From: Octopus bimaculoides | Lineage: Eukaryota | NCBI RefSeq assembly: GCF_001194135.2 | Contig: NC_068987.1 | Location: 42,245,921 to 42,290,201 of the forward strand | Length of the DNA stretch: 44,281 bases | Direction of reading: 5' to 3' | In this document: positions 1 to 12,842 of the stretch, piece by piece | How the letters are laid out: the number at the start of each line of letters is the position of its first letter | How positions within the stretch are numbered: position 1 is the first letter of the stretch | The notes under the pieces: model-generated | What the model was told of the DNA's origin: nothing | Seen by the model: only the letters and a program-made list of their open reading frames with translations | The model's database searches: none | Made by a program: the position numbers and the translations under genes

Positions 1-311
1 ATGTCGCTCGAAAGATATCATGTGTCGCCCGCACACGAGCCAGTCAATGGGCACTGGCAACGATCTCGCACGAAAGATATCATGTGTCGCCTGCACATGA
101 GCCAGTCCAGGGGCACTGGCAACGATCCCGCTCGAAAGATTTCATGTGTCGCCCGCACATGAGCCAGTCCGGGGGCACTGGCAAACGATCCCGCTCAAAA
201 GATATCGTGTCGCCCGCACATGAGCCAGTCCAGGGGCACTGGCAACGATCCTGCTCGAAAGATTTCATGTGTCACCCGCACATGAGCCAGTCCAGGGGCA
301 CCGGCAGCGAT
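1..311 (-). repeat. 62-bp minisatellite (about 5 units) belonging to an RTE-LINE 3' UTR family
   Basis: gaaagat-type anchors at 10, 72, 134, ~197 and 257. The same unit recurs at 32327-32585. Confidence 0.85.
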
Positions 312-640
312 ATCTGAAAAAATTTTACCTCTTAAAAAACATTAACAAAAAAAAACACCAAACCAAATTTAACTTTAGACATTCATTCAACCAAGAGGGA
401 TATCATTGAATAACTAATATACTTTACAAAAATAAAATATAAAAAATACTACACTAATTCCATATTTTTTGACAGTTTGAAATCTACATGAAAAAAAAGC
501 CTGAGAAAATGAGTATATTTATCTACTAAAATTGATGACATCACTGTATATCTTAAAAACAAAAACTGCAGACAAGAATCTTACATTATATTTAATAGAT
601 AACTGAAGAATAATAATTCTATGTAATGCTTAATAGAAAC

Positions 641-910
641 TGTTGTGGCAGGAGTCATTGACACCCCTGTGGTATTGGTAGAATGGACTAGCCAAACTCT
701 TATGAAGAGTAGCATATTGGTTGAAATGGGGAGGTCATAGGAATCATTGAGAGTTTGTGGAATTTGTAGAAAGTTGTTGAGGTCATTGAGAGTTTATATT
801 TATTGGAGTATCGTGTTCAGTGGAGTAATTTGAAGTACATCATATGAAGACAGTTGTGTCTATCCCCACTTTGTGAAAACTGTATTTCCAATGTATAGGA
901 GGATATAAAA
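641..910 (+). repeat. 5' LTR of Gypsy element
   Basis: Starts TGTTGTGGCA; about 38 substitutions and 2 small indels versus the 3' LTR by hand count. Confidence 0.92.
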
Positions 911-2879
911 GTGGCAATGAGTTTATTCGAAACTTACATTGGACGTTAACATTTTCTTATGAAACAAAATCAAAGAGAGATTAGTTAATATGGAAGACTT
1001 ATTAGCCTCCGTGGTGCAGTTGCAACAGCAACAAGTTACAGCAGCAATTACAAGAACAACAACAACAATACCAATAGTTGCTGGAATTAATGTTGAAGTC
1101 CAAAAAATACTCAGGTTCATTCTTGCCAGACAGTGTAGCAAACGCAATTGCAGAATTTAGTTATAACCCAGAAGAAGGTATTACTTTTTCTGCATATTTC
1201 TGAAGATATGTAGAAATGTTCAAAGAGGAATGCAAAAATTGGACAAACAACAAAAAGGTACATTTATTTTTAAGAAAATTATCCCCTGTTGCTTTTAAGA
1301 AAATTATCCCCTGTAGTTACTACTGTAACTACATTCTGCAAAAAATACAAAAAAAAAAACGTGTAAAATTTGTTTCAATGAAACAAATTGTTAGCAAACA
1401 TTTTCATTGTGAATTGTTTCATGTTCAATACTCACTGGGAATGTTTGTATTTAATAAAAAAAAGGTGATGAAGATTTTGTCACCTATGCCAGAGTTGTCA
1501 ATCAACAATGTGAAAAATTCAAACTAAAATTAACCCTGGACATATTCAAATGTCTAATTTTTGTTCAAGGGTTAACTGCAAGCAAAGATGCAGCGATACA
1601 TGTTGAGATGTTAACAAAATTAGAACAAGACCGGAATTTGATTCTGCAGGCAGTGGCAGAGGAATGTCAGAGAATTATTAATCTACAACATGATGCAAAT
1701 AAAATCAAAGAAAAGGATTAATCCAACATCCATGCATGTCAACCTGTAACAGATAAGGAAAAAGAAAACAATGATCAAGACCCAATTCATGCTATGGGTG
1801 CAGAGGTCTACATTTTAAAAATAACTGTCCATTTAAAAATTTTAAATGTTTTAACTGTCAAAAAATTAGACATAAAACCTCACATTGCAGAGAAAAGAAA
1901 AGGTTGAGCAAAAAAAATTTCTGGGAAGATTTTCTCAATAGAAAATCTAGGCAAGGCTCACAAAAGAAAGTTTGTGTACATAAAAATTAATGCTAGATAC
2001 AGGCAGTGATATTACAATTATTAACACTGGCACATGGAAAAAAAATAGGAAAGCCTACATTATTGGAAACTTTAAAAATTGCAAACGGTATCTTAGGAAA
2101 AAATTACAATTTTGGGGGGAAATGATAACTGAGGTTACATTTCAGTTTTTGTGTTAAATAATGCAACAAACTTGTTCAGTACTGACTGGATGGAATTGTT
2201 TAATTTATTGGACCTCCTCATAAATCTGTTCTGTAAAGATATAATGGTTTTTTCCTCCAGTTAAAACAAGTTGTCAGATGAAGTAAAAGTAAAAAATATT
2301 TTTCCTGAAGTTCTGTCCGATAAATTAGGCCTGTGTACCAAGACAAAAGCATGTTTTCAAATAAAGGAAAACACCATACCTGTATTTAAACCAAAAGAAT
2401 GGTACCCTTTGCAACGATGAAGCAAGTCAATGAAGAACTAGAGAGACTAGAAAAAATTGGAGTTATCCAAACAGTGGAATATTCACCAACTATGTATATT
2501 AAGAAAAAGAATTAAAATCAGAGTTTGCGCTGATTTTTCCACTAGTTTGAACAAATGTCTTAAAATGCGCCACTATCTGCTACCTACTCCAGAGGATATT
2601 TTTGCGAAATTAAACAGTGGAAAGATATTTTCTCAATAGGATCTCTCTGATGTGTACCTACAAATTAGAGTAGTCAATGAATACTCGAAATACCTAAAAG
2701 TTAACACTCATAAAGGACTGTATACATACAATAGGTGCCATTTGGTTTAAAAGTTACACCAGCATTGCAATGATAACGGAATGTGAATTTGCAATTCCAT
2801 ATCTGGATGATATACTCATTAAAAGCAAATCCAAGGATCAACACATCGAGCATGTAAAATATGTATTTGAAAAAATTAA

Positions 2880-4745
2880 CCCTTTTGATGCTAACCCGGC
2901 TGTAGCCAGCCGAAGAAGAAATACAGGCATTTTTTACTATAAATATAATTATGGGTATTAGACAGTTACCCAGGATTACAAATTACTGGAGTAATCAGGA
3001 ACCTTTTGGCGATCAGTATGTTTCCAGTATTATAACCCGAATACGATTTGTGAAACTGAACCAATATTTACATGCGAGAGATACTAGCAGTACCCCAGTA
3101 TGTGGAGAACCAAACTTTGATCCCTTATTTAAAATAAGACCCCTCATTGACTGCATTCCCTGAAAGACACTTATCCATCGATGAGAGCATGGTGAGGTAT
3201 AAAGGAAGGGGTACGCTTCCGACAGTATATGCCAGGAAAGCCCCAAGAAAAGGGGGAATCAAAGTTTGGAAAATTTGTGAAGCAAATACTGAGTACTGCT
3301 GTGGATTTAGTTTTTATACAGGGAAAAGAGACAATAATGTTAGTCAGCATGGCCTAGGGTCTGAAATTTATCACTTCTATACCATAACCAGGGCTGTATA
3401 TTATTTTTTGACTGATTTTTTAGTTCGGTCAAACTTGTGGTGAATTTAGAAGCTGTGGCAACGTATACATGTGCTACAGTAATTGCTAGTAGAAAAGGGC
3501 TGCCGTTGGATATAAAAAAAGCAAAATTTTAAAAAAGAGGTGAAATAATCCAATGGCAGAAAGGAAATCTGCTAGCAACTGCATACAGAGATAAGAAGCA
3601 GATAAATTTTCTAACTACCAGTGCACAACCATGTGTAGATGAAAATGGCACCCCGTTTGTGAACCTTGATTATAACAGGTACATGGATCGGCTGAACCAG
3701 ATGATGAGTTATTATCTGGTTGGTAGACCGAGTAATAAATGGTGGCGATACCTAGTTTAGTATATAGTAAACATGAGCATTGTATACCAAATCAGGAGGG
3801 GCTTGCAAGTGGTGTGACCATCTGCAGTTCCGAGCAGATGTTGCAACACAGTTGAGGGCAGGTTATTCCTCCAAAAAAAATAACTGCAGGAAGGAAAAGC
3901 AAAGCCTGCCAGAGAGATATCCCTTTGAGATCAACCAATCTACATAAATTAGAAAAAATCGGAGTCACAAAAGGCAGTGCCACAAATGTCTACATCAACA
4001 AAGAAAAACTCCCAGTGGACGGCCAGTTGAAACATCTTTCCTATGTGCATTCTGCAAGGTTGCAGTATGTAGAGTGGGATGTTTTACAACTTTCCATAAT
4101 AGAAATATTGTGTGAATATTGTATATATGTATATTTAGATTGTATAAATATTTTTCAAATTTACTTTGTTTTACTTTTTATTTTAATTTATCTGTAATTT
4201 TAATTAACCTGTTTTGATCTAATTTCTATTGTAAATCTTTATTATATATGTTCCTGTGTATTCATGTATACGTGTGAGTATATTTCATTTTGTTGATGTA
4301 TTTAATTTTATAGTTTTCTTCAAAAACAAATTCCAGTATTTCAGTTTATTTTACCTTTATGGTACACATGTTCCGTGCATTAAATTCAACTGATAATCTA
4401 GTGATGTGCACAATTCTTCTATATCAAAATTTTGTTGCATATCCAGTTGAATATTAGCTGATGACTCATTTTCTATGGTAATGTTTAAACAAAATTTAAA
4501 TATTTTTACATTTTGCTCAGTTTACCTGGATTTACCTGTAATTAGAGTCACTTCGAGATAAAAATTATGCAATAGAATTGATTAAGAATCCTTTCTTCAA
4601 TTATGTTCCAAATGTTACATTAATATGTTGATAAGTAAAAAAGTTACAGTTGTTTAATGAAACTAGTCTAAATTCATGATTATTTTAGAATATAGTTGAA
4701 ACTCATGAGGGGTTTATTTTGGTCAGAGATATAGTAACAAAAGAG
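2880..4745 (+). mobile_element. Decayed piggyBac (PGBD4-like transposase remnants) inserted into the Gypsy RT
   Basis: TTAA|CCCTTTTGATGCTA left end; right end TAGTAACAAAAGAG|TAAA (about 11/14 match, decayed TSD). Peptides RITNYWS, FDPLFKIRPLID, LSIDESMVRYKG, GIKVWKIC, DYNRYMD. Removing it restores RT GAA AAA ATT AAG GAT TAC (EKIKDY). Confidence 0.88.
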
Positions 4746-5568
4746 TAAAGGATTACAGCTTTACTTTGAGTGAAGAAAAGTGTGTATTTTCCTTACTGGG
4801 AATATGTAGATGTAGGAAACCAACCTCTATGGTAACAATAGAATTTCTTCATGAACTCTTTGCAAGATCTGGTGTCCTAGACACCATAGTATCTGATAAC
4901 AGTATGTATTTTACAGCATATGAGTTTTTTTGCAAAATATACACAAACACATCTCTACTCCACCATATCATCCAAGATCAAATGAGCAAGTGGAACAGTT
5001 CATGGATACATTTAAATGAGCATTAAAGAAAACAAGAAACAAGCTAGTCAATGACGCGACATTGACACAATTCTTGAGGGTTTATAGTATAACACCAAAC
5101 CCAAACAGTTGATCAGGCAAGTTGCCTGTGGAACAAATATTTGCTCGAAAAATAGTCAGTTTTGACAAGCTATTACCCATAAGAAAAACAGATAGGGAGA
5201 CCACTACAAAAGCAACAAAGTATTTTAATATTGGTGACAAAGTATTTTTCAAAATATATAAAAATCGAAGAGAAGGTTGGGAAGACAGAGTAGTAACAAA
5301 ATGAATTGGCAAAATGACATATATGATAGGAAAAAAATGGGAACACAAAAGACTTTTAAACCAGCTGAAAAATAAATAAATATATGGAAAAAAAAGAAAG
5401 GAGATACCCATGGAAGTGCTCTATGACACCTTTGATGTTCCAACACAACAAGAAGTCGAACCTAGGCATAGCAGCACAAGAAAGAGAAAACGAACAGAAC
5501 GGTTGGAAGTAGTACCTAAATGGAAGAAATATTAAACTTCCCTAGGAAGTAAATCTCAAGAGATGAGA

Positions 5569-5837
5569 TGTTGTGGCAAGAGTTATTAACACCCCTGTGG
5601 GATTAGAAGAATGAACTAGCCGAACCCTTATAAAGAGTAGTGTATTGGTTGAGATGGGGGAGGTCATAGGAGTCGTTGAGAGTTTGTGGAAGTTGTAGAA
5701 AGTCTTTGAAATCGTTGAGAATTTGTATTTATTGGAGTATCATGTTTACTGGAGTAATTTAAAGTACGTCATGTGAAGTCAGTTCTGACTATCCCCACTT
5801 CGTGAAATCTGTATATCCAACATAGAAGGATATAAAA
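5569..5837 (+). repeat. 3' LTR of Gypsy element
   Basis: Direct repeat of 641-910, followed by TSD GAAAC. Confidence 0.92.
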
Positions 5838-7479
5838 GAAACTAGTATACTTTGTCGCAATAATTAATTACCTATTTATTTATCTAATATAATAAACCCT
5901 TCTATAGGAATTAACCATATTTTATAACTGAAGAATTATGCATCATCATGTAATATTGGTAATTCTACTTGTGATCTTAGCCTCGAAGAATTTTATTTTA
6001 TAATTACTTCTAAATTAATTTTATTGAATTTTAATGAGCACTTCACTTAAATGTTGCCATAAATTTAGAAAGACATTCAAATATTTCAATTATTAGTTAT
6101 AATAATCTTTTAATTAATTATTGTATAATAAGGTTAATTTCTATTAAAGTGTATAATATAATGAGTCAGTAATTGATTATAGTGATGTAAAGTATCTAAG
6201 CTTCGATTAAGCATAATGTATAATTATCTATAATTTTTCTTCTTTAATTATCCACTAAGATCATCAAGAAGTGTATATATTATTAATTATAGTAATTTTT
6301 CAATTATATAATAATCTTAATTCCTATAAAAGGGTATAATATAAATTATTTAATTATCTGTTATTTTTATTCTTTAGTTATGTAGCGTAGTCATCAATAA
6401 TTGTATATATTATTATTAATTATAATAATTTTTCAGTTATTATATAATGAGGTTAATTCCCATATAGGAGTTTATTATAATGAATAAATAGGTATTTGGT
6501 GGTCTTTTCTGTAATTTTTATTGTTTCACTATCCAGTGAGATCCTCAGTGGTTGTATATGTTGTTGAATATAATAATTCTTCAGTTATTATAAAATAAGG
6601 GTAATTCCTATAGAAGGGTTTATTCTATTATAAATAAATTCTATTATAAATACATAGATAATTAATTATTGCTATGTAAGGTAAATAACTTCCTATTAAG
6701 CATTGTGTAGAATTATTATCTGTAGTCTTTATTCTTTAGTTATCTATTAAGCATAATGTAGAATTCTTGTCTGCAGTTTTTGTTCTTTAGATATACAGTG
6801 ACATCATCAATTTTAATAGATAAATATACTGTTTTTTACATTACGTTTTTTTTCCATGTAGATTTCAAATTGTCAAAAAATATGGAATTAGTGTGGTATT
6901 TTTTATATTTTATATTTTATTTTTATAAACTAAATTAGCTATTCAATGATGTCACTCTTGGTTGAATGAATGAATGTCTAAAGTTAAATTTGGTTTGGTG
7001 TTTTTTTTTTCTGTTAACGATTTTTAACAGCTAAAATTTTTTCAGATGTTCAAGTAGGAAATTCACAAATTTGGTTTACCTTGATAATGTTGTGTTGACA
7101 TAAATTTTCATGCATATTATTATTAATATTAATAATATTTTGTGTATATATGTGTGTGTGTGTGTGCGTATGAATATATATATGTATATGTTAATGCAAT
7201 TGAAACAATTGTTGAATTTTTCAGGTGTGGTCGGAAATAAAGATATGATTTTCTTCGTACACATTATAGATTGTTGTTAATTCTCTGAATTTCTTAAAAT
7301 TCTGCATAAGGATTGTTGGATTTACTTGCCATACATGAGGATTTACTTGGGATTTGTATTCTACATACATTTACTGTTATCTACTTGTTGGAAATTTAAC
7401 CTTATTCCTTTATACTGAGTGCTTACTTCATATCTGCCAGGAATTTTTAATCCCATTTCTTCTTTTATATATATATATA

Positions 7480-7933
7480 TGATATATAAAATTAAGAGGA
7501 ATGACCACTAGAGTGGACACATAATATGCTAAACATAGACATCTAATCGCCATTACCACAAAGAGGGTGTTCTCAAGAAAAATCTTAGCAAAATGCCAAA
7601 ATGTATAAATGAGCAAGACAAATGAAAATATACAAAATAAAAAATGATCACCTATGTACCATGGTTTCACTTGTTAATATTTACATATGTAAATACGTAT
7701 ATATCTGCAAGATCAGCAGCGTAGTCTGTCGCTTACAAAACACAATTTCCAGAACTAGATACAGAACGCTCAACTGAAACAGAGCATGTACAGAGTTCTA
7801 CAAATTATATTTGGGTGTATTTTTCAAATGTCTTGAGAACACACTCTTTGTAGTAATGGCGATTTGACATCTATGTTTTTAGCATATTAGGTATCCACTC
7901 TAGTGGTCATTCCTCTTAACTTTGTATGTAACA
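7480..7933. mobile_element. MITE, ~454 bp, ~105-bp TIRs, TA flanks (Tc1/mariner-type)
   Basis: ttaagaggaatgaccactagagtgga...gttctcaaga (7480-7585) is inverted at 7828-7933; TA on both sides. Confidence 0.75.
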
Positions 7934-8105
7934 TAATTTTTAATCTTCAAATTTTTAAATATGCTAAGCCACTGGTTTTCATTCATTACTATCAATTTCT
8001 ACCCTTATTATTTTATTTTTAAATGAAAATGTTCTCAATCAGGTAGATTGGCTGCTCAAATTTATTAACTGCAGAGTTATTTCCGGCCTCCATGCACCAA
8101 AGGGA

Positions 8106-8300
8106 AGACATTTGAAAAATACACCCAAATATAATTTGTAGAACTCTATACATGCTCTCTTTCGGTTGAGCGTTCTGTATCTAATTCTGGAAATTGTGTT
8201 TTGTAAGTGACAGACCACGCTGATGATCTTGCAGATATTTACGTATTTACATATGTAAATGTAAACAAGTTAAAACCATGGTACATAGATAATCGTTTTC
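8106..8300 (-). repeat. Inverted partial copy of the internal part of the 7480-7933 MITE
   Basis: Reverse complement of ~7640-7832; runs into (TA)n and a gap. Confidence 0.8.
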
Positions 8301-9877
8301 TATATATATATATATNNNNNNNNNNNNNNNNNNNNNNNNNNNNNNNNNNNNNNNNNNNNNNNNNNNNNNNNNNNNNNNNNNNNNNNNNNNNNNNNNNNNN
8401 NNNNNNNNNNNNNNNNNNNNNNNNNNNNNNNNNNNNNNNNNNNNNNNNNNNNNNNNNNNNNNNNNNNNNNNNNNNNNNNNNNNNNNNNNNNNNNNNNNNN
8501 NNNNNNNNNNNNNNNNNNNNNNNNNNNNNNNNNNNNNNNNNNNNNNNNNNNNNNNNNNNNNNNNNNNNNNNNNNNNNNNNNNNNNNNNNNNNNNNNNNNN
8601 NNNNNNNNNNNNNNNNNNNNNNNNNNNNNNNNNNNNNNNNNNNNNNNNNNNNNNNNNNNNNNNNNNNNNNNNNNNNNNNNNNNNNNNNNNNNNNNNNNNN
8701 NNNNNNNNNNNNNNNNNNNNNNNNNNNNNNATATATATATATATATATAAAGTTGTAAGATACCTCACGAGTGGAAATATATATGAAAGAAGGTTTTAAA
8801 AAGCAATTTTAAAGATGATCTTTAGAGATTACTTGATTTATCTGTTTCTTAAATGGCTCTACCGTCCTGATCTTAGTATTTTATAAAGGCCTTTATATAA
8901 ATAACTCTTCTAAACAAGTACCACTAAATACACTATAAGTATCATGTAAGGAGTAACAATAATAAATTTTAAAACCTATAACATAATTCCTCATTTTATA
9001 TATAGAAAGATTAGTGTAAAATATGAATGTTCCATAACTTAAATATTCCTTTAACTGATACCAGACATAAGTCTTTTATTGATATTTAGCTAAATAAGTA
9101 AATGTATAATTTTTAGTCCAATATATTTTGAATTATTATACTTTTTCTATAAATCTTCTCTATTAATGTTAATAAGCTAAATATACTTTACCATAGCTTA
9201 GTAATTAAGCTATTTTATTTTCATGGTATTCCGCCCTAATTGTTTATTTTATTTCATTTCTTTATTAATTTATAATTAGCCTTTATTTATTCATAAAATT
9301 AAGCTAATCTTTGTATCTCTATATATTCATACTTAGCTTACATAAAACTATACTAGTATATTCACTACATATAAAAAAAAACTGCTTAGATTATAATTTT
9401 ATTAATATATAATTAGAATGTTCTTTTACCTCAATACTCCTTTATTAATACCGGTATATACCAATTAATCAATATTCACAGACACCAGCTGATGAGTTAG
9501 TATTTCAGTGTACAACATATATATAAATATTAAACTATTTCTGAATACTTTCTTTTCCTCCCTCTATTGTCGTAAAAGTTTGGTATATACTCAAAAGTAT
9601 CCATAAATTTCTATACTTTTGTTAATATATTCTTCTTAATAACCCTCTGAATAGCCATAAACTCTATCTGTATACAATATAGCAACATTGTTTTAAAACA
9701 TTTAACTATGGTACTACATGAGAAGACTTCCCCTGTTTCATTATCAATGGTCTGCTAGTGGGTGATCCTCTTAGTTGTCAGCCAACATCTTGTTTTAAGT
9801 TTTCCTTTACCAAACCTCATGATTTTTATGACTATACCAACTATGATTTCTCATTCTAGTTATGACTATACCAACTA

Positions 9878-10002
9878 TGTATCTAGTTCTGGAAATTGTG
9901 TTTTGTAAATGACAGACTACGCTGATGAGCTTGCAGATATTTATGTATTTACATACATAAATATTAACAAGTGAAACCATCGTACGTAGGTAATCATTTT
10001 AT
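9878..10002 (-). repeat. Third partial copy of the same MITE interior
   Basis: tgtatctagttctggaaattgtgttttgtaa...gaaaccat matches 8177-8300. Confidence 0.8.
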
Positions 10003-10195
10003 ATATATATATATCAAGCGAAAGCGAAATCGGGATAGCACCTGCGCCCAGCATCGCCTTTCTGGCACTTGTGCCTGTGACATGTGTAAGGATTTNNNNN
10101 NNNNNNNNNNNNNNNNNNNNNNNNNNNNNNNNNNNNNNNNNNNNNNNNNNNNNNNNNNNNNNNNNNNNNNNNNNNNNNNNNNNNNNNNNNNNNNN

Positions 10196-12230
10196 CCCTT
10201 TATGGATTGGGCATATTATTCCCTCCTTCAGCTTGCTTGGCAGTCCTCCACTTGCAAGAAAGCTCTGGAAGAGAATCTGGAGTGGTTTTTCCAGGGCATG
10301 CTTACACGATTTGAGGAGGATTGCTGGAAAACCATCAGGACCAGCAGTTGAGTTTGCGTCCACCTCATCTATTACTAGTAGTATATCTTCTTCGCTAATG
10401 TTGAGGTATTCCATTGTAACTGCCTCGCTGGTTATAGGTGAGGCAGCAAAGAAGTCCACTGGTTCGTTCACATGTCTGTGTTCCAACGGAGTGGTAAAGA
10501 CACCTTTGAACTGCTCATTCAGTACCTCACTGATCTTAGTTGGACTGTCTGTTAGGGAGCCATCCTTTTGGAAGAGGGGTCCTATCTTGCAGCATACTGA
10601 GGCTGTTTTTTTTGCGTAATGAAAGAAGGCCTTTGGGTTTGACTTAATGTTTTTTATAACCCAGGCTTCTTTGTTTGCTCTCTCTCCCTCACATAAGATT
10701 GTTGCAGCCTTTTCTCAATCTCCATCAGTGTTGTTTTTAAGTGGGATCTTTCTCTACTTTTGGGATGTTGGTTGAGTCGATTTGCAACTTTCGTCTGTCA
10801 TCTCATGAGGATCTTCCTCTCCCTTGGAATCTTGTTCCTATTTGTTTTGGCCTTGTGCTCTGGGACATATTTCTGGCATATGGCTTGCACAACAGACTTC
10901 AAAAATTCTAGTTTCATTTCAATGTCTGGTGTGGAGAGATATTTCGGCCAGTCCCATCTGAGGATCTCTTTTTGGATCGATTTCCANNNNNNNNNNNNNN
11001 NNNNNNNNNNNNNNNNNNNNNNNNNNNNNNNNNNNNNNNNNNNNNNNNNNNNNNNNNNNNNNNNNNNNNNNNNNNNNNNNNNNNNNNNNNNNNNNNNNNN
11101 NNNNNNNNNNNNNNNNNNNNNNNNNNNNNNNNNNNNNNNNAGATTTCGGGTGCTTCCTTTAGGCTGTATCTATCTGGTTACTTTCGGCCCAAACATAGAT
11201 AGCTCTATTGTGTTGTGATCCGAGACTAATATTGGCTTCACTTTCACGTCATGAATGATGTCCATATTGTTCATGAAGCAGAGATCCAGAATGTTATTCG
11301 CTCTAGTTGGTCTGAGTACAGCTTGCTCCATGAATAGAGCATTGGTTTAGGTTGAGCAGGGACTCCACTTGTGCTTGCTTGCAACGAGTCATTCCTGAGA
11401 GCATGAAACCCTCGTTGGGGAAGTTGAAATCATCCATAAGAAATATGGTCACGTGGTGTTCCAGTTTCATGAGGATTTCTTTAATTCTTGTGAGGCAATC
11501 TTCAAACTTGCCTATGTGATTTGGCGCATCTGGTGGGCAATATGTATTGCATATGCCTATATTGTGTTGTCTTATGTATACAATTAGAGTGTCACATACT
11601 GAATTTGAGTATGACTGTAAGACCTAGGGTGTGAGGTCATCATGGATGTATATAGCAACTCCACTATGGCTCCTTTCTCTTCTGTCTGTTCGCAATATGG
11701 CATATTTTGGTACGTGTATTTCAGTATCCACTATATCAGAGCTGAGGTGAATTTCCACGAGTGCTATGCATAGGGCTTGATTGCATGCAGCAAGGTCTCA
11801 AGAAAGAAATTTTGCTTTTATTATGAAGCAGCAGGCCCCAATATTTAATAAAAATATTGGTGTGTGATGACTGTGCAGGTGTTAGGGGAGGCCATCCCAT
11901 ATCTGTTGACTGTGGTGGTCTTGCGCAATGGTGGGCAAGTTTCCTTGTTTGTGCTTGGTGTAGCCAGTTCAGCTGTTGCACAATATTTTGCTTCATGTAC
12001 AAAAAAGACTCCTGCTGCCTTGAGCATAACCTTCTTAAGAGTGCACTTCCTTTATAAATTTTTTCCTTGGAGATATTTGTTGTCTTTCCTTGGGGAAGTT
12101 TTTCTCTTTCAGGCCCCTGTAGTTTTGGCAGGGTGACGGGTGAGCAAACGGCAGTTTTTGCCGTCTTCCCCATGCCAACATTTGCCTTGCAGGTAAAATC
12201 TACAGGTTCTTGAGTGCCTATATATATTAT
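10196..12230 (-). mobile_element. Non-LTR retrotransposon fragment (APE endonuclease plus N-terminal RT; CR1/L2/Jockey group)
   Basis: Minus-strand peptides ALCIALVEIHLSSDIVDTEIHVPKYAILRTDR, NILDLCFMN...SDHNTI, KAFFHYAKK, STAGPDGFPAILLKSCKHALEKPLQILF...IICPIHKG; stops, frameshifts and one internal gap. Confidence 0.85.
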
Positions 12231-12238
12231 ATATATAT

Positions 12239-12510
12239 GATCATTGCCAGAACAGTTGTCTGACTTCCGTGCCAGTGGCACATAAATAGCACCATTTGAG
12301 CATGATCGTTACCAGCGTCGCCCTACTGGAGCTTGTGCCGGTGGCACGTGAAAAAACATTCAAGCGAGGTCGTTGCCAGTACCGCCTAACTGGCCCTCGT
12401 GCCAGTGGCATGTAAAAGCACCCACTACACTCTTGGAGTGGTTGGCGTTAGGAAGGGTATCCAGCTGTAGAAATTCTGCCAGATCAAATTGGAGCCTGGT
12501 GCAGTCATCG
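12239..12510 (+). mobile_element. RTE-LINE 3' UTR family fragment
   Basis: cacccactacactcttggagtggttggcgttaggaagggtatccagctgtagaaa block shared with 15445-15540. Confidence 0.75.
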
Positions 12511-12514
12511 TTGA

Positions 12515-12665
12515 CTATAGCTTAGTCACCCGTATAGTTAACCAGGTGTACACGAAGGAGTCATACCCAATGACTGGTGTAGCAGCACCATAGTCAACTG
12601 CTACAAAGGTAAAGGTGATGCTTTAGATACAAATAATTACAGGGGTATCAAGTTGTTGGATCAGG
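12515..12665 (+). mobile_element. RTE-type RT fragment
   Basis: GVIPNDWCSSTIVNCYKGKGDALDTNNYRGIKLLDQV. Confidence 0.8.
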
Positions 12666-12765
12666 TATATTATATATATATATATATATATATAACATAT
12701 ATATATAATATATATATGTATAACATATATATATATATAATATATATGTATTATATATATATATA

Positions 12766-12836
<71 letters not shown>
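12666..12836. repeat. Imperfect (TA)n microsatellite
   Basis: Directly visible. Confidence 0.95.

Positions 12837-12837
<1 letters not shown>

Positions 12838-12842
<5 letters not shown>

Larger units (their letters stand above)
641..5837 (+). mobile_element. Decayed Ty3/Gypsy LTR retrotransposon with both LTRs
   Basis: LTRs at 641-910 and 5569-5837; 5-bp TSD GAAAC at 636-640 and 5838-5842; PBS-like tggcaatgag at 912; purine tract before 5569. Frameshifted gag (NAIAEFSYNPEEGITF; DIFKCLIFVQGLTA), RT (PTPEDIFAKL; IPYLDDILIKS) and integrase (LHELFARSGVLDTIVSDN). Confidence 0.92.
314..7045. mobile_element. Foldback-like non-coding element with ~430-470 bp inverted arms, interrupted by a Gypsy insertion
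   Basis: 314-635 plus 5843-~5940 is the reverse complement of ~6575-7045 (ctgaaaaaattttac... / ...aaaattttttcag; ataaacccttctataggaatta / taattcctatagaagggtttat). The core has degenerate AT-rich subrepeats. Confidence 0.8.

Noticed and set aside
1-311. Regular repeats resembling a CRISPR array, with repetitive ORFs (80..268, 84..317)
   Set aside because: The units are contiguous 62-bp tandem copies with no unique spacers, there are no cas genes, and the context is eukaryotic. The ORFs are by-products of the repeat.
1530-1575. Apparent mini-piggyBac TTAACCCT...AGGGTTAA
   Set aside because: The segment encodes conserved gag residues (LTLDIFKCLIFVQGLT), so it is part of the Gypsy ORF and the symmetry is coincidental.
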